Source: an uncultured candidate division Zixibacteria bacterium
GTDB lineage: Bacteria > Zixibacteria > MSB-5A5 > UBA10806 > 4484-95
Length of the DNA: 64,000 nucleotides
Direction of reading: 5' to 3'
Assembly: GCA_963668625.2 (NCBI GenBank)
Contig: CAXXKA010000006.1
Location: forward strand, 608,001 to 672,000
Position numbers and translations under genes: made by a program. A model generated the notes under the pieces. The model did not search any database. It worked only from the letters and a program-made list of their open reading frames with translations, and had not been told where the DNA came from. Below are positions 18,249-26,421 of the stretch, piece after piece. The first letter of the stretch is position 1. Each line of letters opens with the position of its first letter.

Positions 18249-19958
18249 ATGTTTATCAAGCTTTTCATGCGGGTATTAATAGCCTGTTTCATTATATTTG
18301 AATACTTATATGCTCAATCACCTGATTTATTAAATGGCTGGCCCTATATGTTTGGTGACAGTTATAATATTAGGTCTACCCCTGTTTTCTTCGGAAATGC
18401 GTTTAACGATACTCTGGCTATCCTTTTCACCGGCGAACCATCCACAATAAGCAAGTTAAACCTGTGGAACGAATTGTTTGATGGCTGGCCAATTCGAGAG
18501 GACGGTGCCAGATTCAGTTATACGCCAATAGCTGTTGATATAGATCACGACTATAAAGATGAATTTGTTGTCCTGGGATTGATGGATCAATATCTCATAT
18601 ATGTTATTGATGATGATCGTTCTATCATGCCGGGATTTCCCCTGGCTTACGATCATAATAACTTACCTAATGTTTTTGATTTTGATAATGATGGTGAATA
18701 CGAATTAGCCTATCAATCGGTAAGCGAAAGTTTAATTTATTGTGTTGATGGAAACGGCCAAATGGAGCCCGGCTGGCCCGCCGCTTACCCGGCTGACTGG
18801 GAAGGTTTTAACGGCAGGGGCACTATTGGTGATATTAATTTAGATGGCTATAACGAATTCATTATAACCGGATTGAAAAAGATTTATGCCTATCAATATG
18901 ATGGTTCGCTTTTGAATGATTTTTGTTTGGAAACAATCGATACATCTTACTATTTCAATACGAATCGTGGGTGTTGTTGCGCGGATCTCGACGATGATGG
19001 CTATCTAGAATTCCCTTTGGCAGCATCTAAAAGAGTAGGCAATACATTGAATAGCTATGTAGCGATATACGAACATGACGGTCAAATAAAGGATGGCTGG
19101 CCTTTACATTATTACAGCAGTTATGTCTGGATTATGCCTACTCCTTCCGATATTGATGGTAACGGCACAGTTGAGATAGGCTATTCGGAAAACAGCCATA
19201 CGCATTTTGTTGATATTAGCGGTAATCATCTTGCTGGATGGCCAACTGTAATCATGGCGCCTGATAATCGATGCGCTTATGCAATGAGCGATATCATCAT
19301 TGTCGATATCGATGGTGATAGAGATTCGGAGATTTTTTTCGGCTGTAACTTTAATTATCTTGATCCAGAGTGGGGATTCTGCAGTTACTTGAATGGCTGC
19401 GATCACCATGGGCAGCCGCTTGAAGGTTTTCCTCTAAGAATTCGGGGAATGTCGGATTATCTTCCACCAGCATTTTTAAGAAATAAGGTCGATGGAAGGC
19501 TGCTAATTGGGATTTCCTCACAGAACACATATGATCCCGGAGTCGATACCGCATATCTGGAGGTCTTCCAGTTTCCCGACTCAACCGGCCCGCCCGATCA
19601 ATGGCCGATGCAGGGGCATGATAACCTGATGACGCGTAACTACAATTTCGTCGATCATGTCACCGCTATCCGGGATGATGAGCAACCGCTGCCTAAAAGC
19701 TATATCCTGACTCAGAACTACCCCAACCCGTTCAATGCTGCTACCACGATTGATTTCGCGCTGCCCAAACCCGAGCATGTCACGATTACGGTATACGATA
19801 TCCTCGGCCGCAGGGTAGAGGCGCTGGTGGATGAGGCATTACCGGCGGGGAACCATCAAGTGGCATGGCAAGCTGATGACTACGCCTCGGGGATCTATTT
19901 TTATCGCATGGAGGTCGGGGATTTGACGCTGAGCCGGAAGATGCTTTTGATTAAGTAA
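18249..19958 (+). CDS. Secreted FG-GAP-like repeat protein with T9SS-type C-terminal sorting domain, unit 1
   Basis: Signal peptide; repeated DxDxDG..E and GWP/GFP motifs; QNYPNPFN...YDILGR...SGIYFYR...KMLLIK. Confidence 0.88.
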   Translation: MFIKLFMRVLIACFIIFEYLYAQSPDLLNGWPYMFGDSYNIRSTPVFFGNAFNDTLAILFTGEPSTISKLNLWNELFDGWPIREDGARFSYTPIAVDIDHDYKDEFVVLGLMDQYLIYVIDDDRSIMPGFPLAYDHNNLPNVFDFDNDGEYELAYQSVSESLIYCVDGNGQMEPGWPAAYPADWEGFNGRGTIGDINLDGYNEFIITGLKKIYAYQYDGSLLNDFCLETIDTSYYFNTNRGCCCADLDDDGYLEFPLAASKRVGNTLNSYVAIYEHDGQIKDGWPLHYYSSYVWIMPTPSDIDGNGTVEIGYSENSHTHFVDISGNHLAGWPTVIMAPDNRCAYAMSDIIIVDIDGDRDSEIFFGCNFNYLDPEWGFCSYLNGCDHHGQPLEGFPLRIRGMSDYLPPAFLRNKVDGRLLIGISSQNTYDPGVDTAYLEVFQFPDSTGPPDQWPMQGHDNLMTRNYNFVDHVTAIRDDEQPLPKSYILTQNYPNPFNAATTIDFALPKPEHVTITVYDILGRRVEALVDEALPAGNHQVAWQADDYASGIYFYRMEVGDLTLSRKMLLIK

Positions 19959-20231
19959 CCGCATTAATTCCGATATTCAAGTACATTTAATATAGTAAGC
20001 CGCATCTAATATTCTTCTTGACATGTTTGTTAAGGCTGTTATATTGCTGTTAAGTACAAATCATCACGAAGGACAAACTTGACATGAACCGGCATAACCC
20101 CCCCCATTATATGGAGTTTATCCGTTCGCGGCCCGCCGTGTGATTATAATCCGTGTATCGATTTGGCATAAGGGGGATATAGAATAGTCAATAGTTTTTG
20201 GTCATACGATTTCTTTTAAGGAGGCAAACCA

Positions 20232-20609
20232 ATGTATTTACGATATGCACTGATTGGATTATTAGCAATAGTATTTACTGCATCAATGGCATTTGCGGAT
20301 GGCGGATTTCATGGAACAGTCAGCTATAGAGATTGTGAATGCCATTCTGGATCATGGGATAATGTCAGGATTGTAAATGATGCAACAGGTGCTGAACACA
20401 TTGCTCGTATTCATCTTACTTATCCTACATCAGGTACTTATGGGACACAACATACGACCTTCCCCGAAGGCTATTATTCAATATCCGTAGTACTTGGAGA
20501 CGGTTCTGATTGTGATCACAGCTATGTTCAGAAGGTTTATCATTCGGATGATCCAAACGACCAAACAGTTGATTTGGTGGTATTTGGCCCAACAAGTCAA
20601 CCCCACTAG
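20232..20609 (+). CDS. Small secreted Cys-containing protein, unit 2
   Basis: Signal peptide nearly identical to unit 1; divergent mature part retaining CxC and SDCDH. Confidence 0.85.
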   Translation: MYLRYALIGLLAIVFTASMAFADGGFHGTVSYRDCECHSGSWDNVRIVNDATGAEHIARIHLTYPTSGTYGTQHTTFPEGYYSISVVLGDGSDCDHSYVQKVYHSDDPNDQTVDLVVFGPTSQPH

Positions 20610-20623
20610 GATTTTATATCTAT

Positions 20624-20653
20624 AAGGTCGCTTTTCTATTGAAAAGCGACCTT
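20624..20653 (+). other. Intergenic hairpin, unit 2
   Basis: AAGGTCGCTTTTC-TATT-GAAAAGCGACCTT, perfect 13-bp stem. Confidence 0.8.
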
Positions 20654-20682
20654 TATGAATTAATTTATTAGGAGGCCGAATA

Positions 20683-22392
20683 ATGAAAGATGTATCAAAA
20701 CTTGTAATTTTAATTCTATTAGCTAATACATTAGCGGTTTGCCAAGCTCCAGATTTACTGCTTGGATGGCCATACCGATGTGAAACTGGTTTAGGCTCTG
20801 TGGTAGTTACACCCAGGTTTGCAGAGCAAGATTCATTTGCGCTTTATTATAACAATCGTAATGGTGAAATCATTAAATTTCGCAGGGACAACTCATACTA
20901 TCCAAACTGGCCATTCGTAGAACCTGATGTTCCTTTTCTCCATACATCGATTTTGGCCGATGTTGATAATGATAGTATACAGGAGTTTATAGTCAATTCA
21001 TCTGATTATTTATTCATAGTTGATGATACGGGCGAATTATTATTCAACAGCCCCTACTACCTTGAAAATACATCCTCGGTTTCAATGGCAGATTATGACT
21101 CGGATGGAGAGTATGAGTTTATATGTTTTTCTCGTCAGCAACGAGAGATATATTGTACAGATATATATGGAAATAGTCAGGCAGGTTGGCCAGTGACGCT
21201 GCCAGAGGATGCATGGATTTCTATAGATGGAGCCGGTTCAATCGGTGATTTGGATGATGACGGCTATTTGGAAATAGTGATTCGCGGCTTTGATAATATC
21301 TATGCATATCGTTGTAACGGAGAGATGCAACCTGGTTTTCCTATTGAAATTATTGATACGGTATATAGCTACCTGGATTGGCATGGGCCATCTTTAGCCG
21401 ATCTTGATAACGATGGCAAATTGGAGATAATTACCGCCGCATGTACTCAAGTTGATTTGCCTTGCAGTTCATATATAGCGATTTATTGTTATGACGGCAG
21501 TCTTATGGAAAACTGGCCTAAATATTATAACGATAATACTCAAATTTTTCAGGTTCCCACCGTTGCTGATATTAATAATGATGGTCTATTGGAAATAGGT
21601 TTTACATTAGCTAATGAAAATGAAGGGGGGTTGTACTTTCTTGACATATACGGAGATATTTTGCCCGGTTGGCCTTCATATATTGTAGATACTACAGGAT
21701 GGCCGGTTATCTTCGAGTCTGATATAATCGTAGTTGATATTGATGGCGACAACGATTGCGAGATTTTTGGAGATTTTAATGTTGCTTTTCCTGATAGCAG
21801 TGGGCATGGATACTACAGTAAACTGTTTGGCTTAGATCATTTGGGGAATTTATTAAGCGGTTTTCCTATAATCGTTGAAGATGTTTCACTGTCTACACCT
21901 CCATCATTTCACCTCGATTCTAATTATAGAATGTTAATGGGGCTAAACTCTGCACATTATTATGTTGAGCAAGAAATAGACTCAGTATTTGTTGAGGTCT
22001 TCCAATTCCCCGATTCCACCGGCCCGCCTGACCAATGGCCGATGCAGGGGCATGATAATTTGATGACGCGTAATTACAATTTCGTAGATCGTGTCACCGC
22101 TATCCGGGATGATGAGCAACCGCTGCCTAAAAGCTATATCCTGACTCAGAACTACCCCAACCCGTTCAATGCCGCTACCACGATTGATTTCGCGCTGCCC
22201 AAACCCGAGCATGTCACGATTACGGTATACGATATCCTCGGCCGCAGGGTAGAGGCGCTGGTGGATGAGACATTACCGGCGGGTAACCATCAGGCGCTAT
22301 GGCAGGCTGATGATTACGCCTCGGGGATGTATTTTTATCGCATGGAGGCGGGGGATTTGACGCTGAGCCGGAAGATGTTGCTGATTAAGTAA
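20683..22392 (+). CDS. Secreted FG-GAP-like repeat protein with T9SS-type CTD, unit 2
   Basis: Same architecture as unit 1; last 132 aa differ from unit 1 at 6 positions. Confidence 0.88.
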   Translation: MKDVSKLVILILLANTLAVCQAPDLLLGWPYRCETGLGSVVVTPRFAEQDSFALYYNNRNGEIIKFRRDNSYYPNWPFVEPDVPFLHTSILADVDNDSIQEFIVNSSDYLFIVDDTGELLFNSPYYLENTSSVSMADYDSDGEYEFICFSRQQREIYCTDIYGNSQAGWPVTLPEDAWISIDGAGSIGDLDDDGYLEIVIRGFDNIYAYRCNGEMQPGFPIEIIDTVYSYLDWHGPSLADLDNDGKLEIITAACTQVDLPCSSYIAIYCYDGSLMENWPKYYNDNTQIFQVPTVADINNDGLLEIGFTLANENEGGLYFLDIYGDILPGWPSYIVDTTGWPVIFESDIIVVDIDGDNDCEIFGDFNVAFPDSSGHGYYSKLFGLDHLGNLLSGFPIIVEDVSLSTPPSFHLDSNYRMLMGLNSAHYYVEQEIDSVFVEVFQFPDSTGPPDQWPMQGHDNLMTRNYNFVDRVTAIRDDEQPLPKSYILTQNYPNPFNAATTIDFALPKPEHVTITVYDILGRRVEALVDETLPAGNHQALWQADDYASGMYFYRMEAGDLTLSRKMLLIK

Positions 22393-22665
22393 CCGCATTA
22401 ATTCCGATATTCAAGTACATTTAATATAGTAAGCCGCATCTAATATTCTTCTTGACATGTTTGTTAAGGTTGCTATATTGCTGTTAAGTACAAATCATCA
22501 CGAAGGACAAACTTGACATGAACCGGCATAACCCCCCCCATTATATGGAGTTTATCCGTTCGCGGCCCGCCGTGTGATTATAATCCGTGTATCGATTTGG
22601 CATAAGGGGGATATAGAATAGTCAATAGTTTTTGGTCATACGATTTCTTTTAAGGAGGCAAACCA

Positions 22666-23064
22666 ATGTATTTACGATATGCACTGATTGGATTATTAGC
22701 GGTATTATTCACGGCATCAATGGCGGCAGCGGATGGTCATTTTACAGGAGCTGTTTTATTCCCGAAACTCTGGACTACTGATTGTGAGTGGGAATCTGAA
22801 ATGTATGTGTATGTCTACAACGTGCTCACACCGGGGAACCGGGACAGGTATCTGGTTTCCTGTTGTTATTGCCCGACCCCTGATTACGAGCACGGTATGT
22901 TTACGACCGCAGATTATCCGCCGGGAACTTACGTATTTGAGTTAATTTTACCTGCAAGCTCGGATTGCTATGTGACGAAACCTGATCCTCAATTTGTCCA
23001 TGGCATGGCCAATCAATCTATTTCTATAAAGGTTGAGCCCAGAACCCAGGGACAACCAGATTAA
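22666..23064 (+). CDS. Small secreted Cys-rich protein, unit 3
   Basis: Shared signal peptide MYLRYALIGLLA; YPPGTY, SDC and an extra CCYC. Confidence 0.85.
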   Translation: MYLRYALIGLLAVLFTASMAAADGHFTGAVLFPKLWTTDCEWESEMYVYVYNVLTPGNRDRYLVSCCYCPTPDYEHGMFTTADYPPGTYVFELILPASSDCYVTKPDPQFVHGMANQSISIKVEPRTQGQPD

Positions 23065-23081
23065 CTTTAATTATTAACATT

Positions 23082-23109
23082 ATGCCGCCGGTATTATTAC
23101 CGGCGGCAT
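23082..23109 (+). other. Intergenic hairpin, unit 3
   Basis: ATGCCGCCGGTA-TTAT-TACCGGCGGCAT, perfect 12-bp stem. Confidence 0.8.
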
Positions 23110-23144
23110 TATTACAAATATGTAAGGAGATGGTACGATAAAAG

Positions 23145-23345
23145 CATCTTGCTAATCTATTCTGTTGGTGTTAGAGCTTCGGTAATGAATTTCTAACTGG
23201 AGCGGATAGGTTATAGGCTGAACTGAATGCTTGAGGCCAGACCTCGTAAAGGAGATTAATCAGACCTGTAACCGAATTGCCACCATAAGGCAAAGACCTT
23301 GAATAGGAGTTTGGTAGGCGCCGACAGAGAGTCTGCTCCAGTGAT
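23145..23345 (+). ncRNA. Putative IS110 bridge RNA in the left non-coding end
   Basis: Stems 23196-23207/23331-23342 and 23209-23221/23260-23273; loop segments match target (AAAGGAG, AACT) and donor (ATAGGAG, ACCAT); ends approximate. Confidence 0.7.
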
Positions 23346-23367
23346 AACCATAGAATGGAGCAAGAAG

Positions 23368-24381
23368 ATGAGGTACTTAGGAGTAGACCTTCACACAAAC
23401 AGTTTGACCGTGTGTTACCTGACAGCCGGTGGTCGGGAGAGGATCAAGGAGTATCGGCTAAAGGATCTAAAGGAATTTAAACGAGGATTAAAAAAGACGG
23501 ATTGTGTAGCGGTTGAGGCCACTGGCAACACTCGTTATTTCGTTGATGAGATATCGCATTTGGTCAAGCGAGTTGTTGTCGTCGATCCGAACAAATTTGA
23601 GATAATCAAATCATCAGTCAGTAAGACGGATGAAAACGATGCCAGGAACTTAGCCTATTTTATGAGCAAAGACATGTTGCCGAAAGCCCGATTAAAGACG
23701 AAAGATAAAGCGCAGATCAGTTCACTTGTTGGGACACGGGACAAGCTGGTCAAGTTACGTACAGCTTTGAAGAATAAAATACACAACATACTCAATCATC
23801 ATGGTATCAAGAGTAAAAAGGAGGCCTACTCCAGCAACAAGAGTTTGGAGCGGGTTCTAAAGATGAATTTTGATGAGGTTGTTTCTGTTGAGCTTGAGGT
23901 ATTGGTTGATCAGATTCGCAGTTTGAATGAGGGGATAAAAAAGCTGGACAAACAGATAGAGGATCAGGGTCGCAAGTTGAACGGGCATAAGAACCTGACC
24001 AGCATCAAAGGAATCGGCAGCAAATCAGCTACAGTGTTGCTTTCGGTAATTGGTGATGTTGCTGATTTTTCGGACAAAGATAAATTGGCCTCATATTTTG
24101 GCGTAGTGCCGCGAGTTTCCAATTCAAACGAGATTCAGCATCATGGTCGGATTACCAAGCGTGGTTCTAAGATTGGTCGGACTACACTGGTGCAGTGTAC
24201 GCTTGTTGCCATACGATATAACCATTACTTGAGTAAATATTACAATCGTATAAAAAACCGTCGTGGCAGCGGTAAGGCTATCATTGCCACAGCCAGAAAA
24301 TTACTGGGAATAATCTATGACACCTTGAAAAATAATTGGGTGTTTGAAGATTTCCCTAACTTTGTGTTAGCAAACAGATAA
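23368..24381 (+). CDS. IS110-family DEDD recombinase/transposase
   Basis: YLGVDLH, VAVEATG, KTDENDA (DEDD); SIKGIG, YFGVVP..SNS....GRITKRG, KAIIATARKL; start moved to ATG 23368. Confidence 0.95.
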   Translation: MRYLGVDLHTNSLTVCYLTAGGRERIKEYRLKDLKEFKRGLKKTDCVAVEATGNTRYFVDEISHLVKRVVVVDPNKFEIIKSSVSKTDENDARNLAYFMSKDMLPKARLKTKDKAQISSLVGTRDKLVKLRTALKNKIHNILNHHGIKSKKEAYSSNKSLERVLKMNFDEVVSVELEVLVDQIRSLNEGIKKLDKQIEDQGRKLNGHKNLTSIKGIGSKSATVLLSVIGDVADFSDKDKLASYFGVVPRVSNSNEIQHHGRITKRGSKIGRTTLVQCTLVAIRYNHYLSKYYNRIKNRRGSGKAIIATARKLLGIIYDTLKNNWVFEDFPNFVLANR

Positions 24382-24419
24382 CTGAAATTTGGAGTAGACT
24401 TTTATCATAGGAGAGTTTT

Positions 24420-26159
24420 ATGAATAGAATAATATTATTGGCCGTGTTGCTGTTTATATTCAGCTTCTCGGATTCATTCTCTCAGGTGCCTGAACTTCTA
24501 GATGGCTGGCCTTATAGCCGTTTGCTAACCTCATACGCCGAACAAAACATTCCGCGGTTTGCATGCGATGCTGATTTAGCGATATTTTACAGCACGCCCT
24601 CAGGCGATAATAATAAATTCCACATGAATGGCTCCTATTACAACGGTTGGCCTGTCTACGAGGATGAAGTTCATATACACGGAAGAATAACGATTGTGGA
24701 TTTGGATCACGATGGTAAGGATGAGTTGGTGGCAAACGGTTATTTCGTTAGTGATATTCCTGCCAGAGTTCTTAATAAACTATATATCATAGATGATGAC
24801 GGCACGATCTTTCCCGATTTTCCAATTATATACAGCACCATAATTTGTCCGAATGTAGCCGATTTCGATGCTGACGGCGAATATGAATTGATATTTTACG
24901 ATGACGAAGTAGAATTAATCTATTGCATCGACAGGTTCGGTAATCCTGAACCGGGCTGGCCGGTGGATTTACCTGATGATATTTATCACCAGTCCGTGAA
25001 CGGTGGTGCTGCGGTTGGTGACCTTGATCTTGATGGATTCTTAGAGTATATAGTTAAAAGTAATGACTGTGTTTATGCCTTTCGCTATGATGGGACAATG
25101 ATCGAGGATTTCCTTATAAAAACCATTGAATATCCTTATTTTTTCGAGGCTCATAACGCTGTTACTCTTGGTGATGTTGATTTTGATGGGTATCTGGAGA
25201 TAGTTTTATCGGCACAGAGAGTCACGCTGGATTCCATCGCGAGTTATGTTGCGATTTACGAACATACCGGAGAGCCAAAGGAGGGCTGGCCGATCATGTT
25301 CCCCGATGCTTATGATTGGAATATGCCGACGATCGCGGATATCAATTCTGATGGTATCCCCGAAATAGGCTTTTCAATGGATGTATATACTTATTTTGTT
25401 GATGTTGATGGCAATCCTCTTGATGGTTGGCCGGTAGAATTTTATAAGCCGGATGGCCGGCCAAGAATGCCGATGTCGGATATAATAGCCGTTGATGTAG
25501 ATGGTGACAATGATTGTGAGATATTTTTCGATTTCAACACTCAGTACTGGGATCCTGAAAATGAAGATATTTACAGTTGTTTCTATGGCTCGGATCATCA
25601 CGGGCAAGATTTGCCCGGATATCCAGTGATTGTCGAAGGTTCCAGCGTGGGGTGTCCGCCAATTTTCCATTTTGACAGTTCTGATAATCAATATTATATG
25701 GCGCTTAGCACTCTGGTGGGATATCCCGATAGTATTTATACGATAGATTCGGTATATCTGGAGGTCTTCCAGTTTCCCGATTCCACCGGGCCGCCCGATC
25801 AATGGCCGATGCAGGGGCATGATAATTTGATGACGCGTAATTACAATTTCGTAGATCGTGTCACCGCTATCCGGGATGATGAGCAACCGCTGCCTAAAAG
25901 CTATATCCTGACTCAGAACTACCCCAACCCGTTCAATGCCGCTACCACGATTGATTTCGCGCTGCCCAAACCCGAGCATGTCACGATTACGGTATACGAT
26001 ATCCTCGGCCGCAGGGTAGAGGTGCTGGTGGATGAGACATTACCGGCGGGTAACCATCAGGCGCTATGGCAGGCTGATGATTACGCCTCGGGGATGTATT
26101 TTTATCGCATGGAGGCGGGTGATTTGACGCTGAGCCGGAAGATGTTGCTGATTAAGTAG
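24420..26159 (+). CDS. Secreted FG-GAP-like repeat protein with T9SS-type CTD, unit 3
   Basis: Same architecture; last 132 aa differ from unit 2 at 1 position. Confidence 0.88.
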   Translation: MNRIILLAVLLFIFSFSDSFSQVPELLDGWPYSRLLTSYAEQNIPRFACDADLAIFYSTPSGDNNKFHMNGSYYNGWPVYEDEVHIHGRITIVDLDHDGKDELVANGYFVSDIPARVLNKLYIIDDDGTIFPDFPIIYSTIICPNVADFDADGEYELIFYDDEVELIYCIDRFGNPEPGWPVDLPDDIYHQSVNGGAAVGDLDLDGFLEYIVKSNDCVYAFRYDGTMIEDFLIKTIEYPYFFEAHNAVTLGDVDFDGYLEIVLSAQRVTLDSIASYVAIYEHTGEPKEGWPIMFPDAYDWNMPTIADINSDGIPEIGFSMDVYTYFVDVDGNPLDGWPVEFYKPDGRPRMPMSDIIAVDVDGDNDCEIFFDFNTQYWDPENEDIYSCFYGSDHHGQDLPGYPVIVEGSSVGCPPIFHFDSSDNQYYMALSTLVGYPDSIYTIDSVYLEVFQFPDSTGPPDQWPMQGHDNLMTRNYNFVDRVTAIRDDEQPLPKSYILTQNYPNPFNAATTIDFALPKPEHVTITVYDILGRRVEVLVDETLPAGNHQALWQADDYASGMYFYRMEAGDLTLSRKMLLIK

Positions 26160-26245
26160 AACAATCTCAGCGATTTATATCACATTCTCTTTAATCAATA
26201 ATCGAACTATTGATGTTTCATTAACTGTTTCAGAATTACCCTTAT

Positions 26246-26281
26246 GGAAAATCCTTCTACGCCATTTCGGAATTATTTTCC
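26246..26281. promoter_or_regulatory. Paired candidate activator sites upstream of fliR
   Basis: GGAAAATCCTTCT (26246) and GGAATTATTTTCC (26269), starts 23 bp apart. Confidence 0.55.
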
Positions 26282-26283
26282 GC

Positions 26284-26310
26284 TCAATATTTACCGGAGC
26301 CTGCCGATAT
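26284..26310 (+). promoter_or_regulatory. sigma28-like promoter upstream of fliR
   Basis: TCAA-N15-GCCGATAT. Confidence 0.5.
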
Positions 26311-26377
26311 ACTGAATAAACATAGATAACTCATTATCCCATAAGTAAATACAATTAGCTATAAAGCATCAAAATAA

Positions 26378-26393
26378 GGGCACAAGCCTTGCT
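26378..26393 (+). promoter_or_regulatory. sigma54 promoter of the fliR-flhBA operon
   Basis: GGGCAC-AAGCC-TTGCT. Confidence 0.75.
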
Positions 26394-26421
26394 ATATGAC
26401 GATAGAGAAGGAGAATCTTTA

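Larger units (their letters stand above)
23125..24414 (+). mobile_element. IS110-family insertion sequence (about 1284 bp plus one AGGAGA copy)
   Basis: AGGAGA at 23125-23130 and 24409-24414; sub-terminal inverted repeat GATAAAAG/CTTTTATC; removal restores a normal RBS-ATG spacing for the unit 3 gene. Confidence 0.88.
17537..26159 (+). repeat. Tandem array of three approx. 2.43-kb two-gene units between fliQ and fliR
   Basis: Small-gene starts 17806/20232/22666; constant blocks approx. 17537-17883, 19554-20309, 21994-22743, 25755-26159. Confidence 0.92.

Noticed and set aside
23299-23367. N-terminal extension of the IS110 transposase in the ORF track
   Set aside because: The family N-terminus starts at MRYLGVD (ATG 23368); the extension overlaps the predicted RNA structure.
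19581-25979. Repeated minus-strand ORFs starting MLGFGQREINRG
   Set aside because: Antisense shadows of the conserved CTD coding block, with variable lengths.
17537-26159. Array as a CRISPR array, integron cassette array or diversity-generating retroelement
   Set aside because: Repeats are hundreds of bp and protein-coding. There are no cas, intI or reverse transcriptase genes, no attC-like sites, and the differences are not adenine-specific.
26389-26421. TTG start of fliR (and likewise the TTG start of flgF at 42916)
   Set aside because: Both TTGs are the -12 box of sigma54 promoters; downstream ATGs have proper RBSs.
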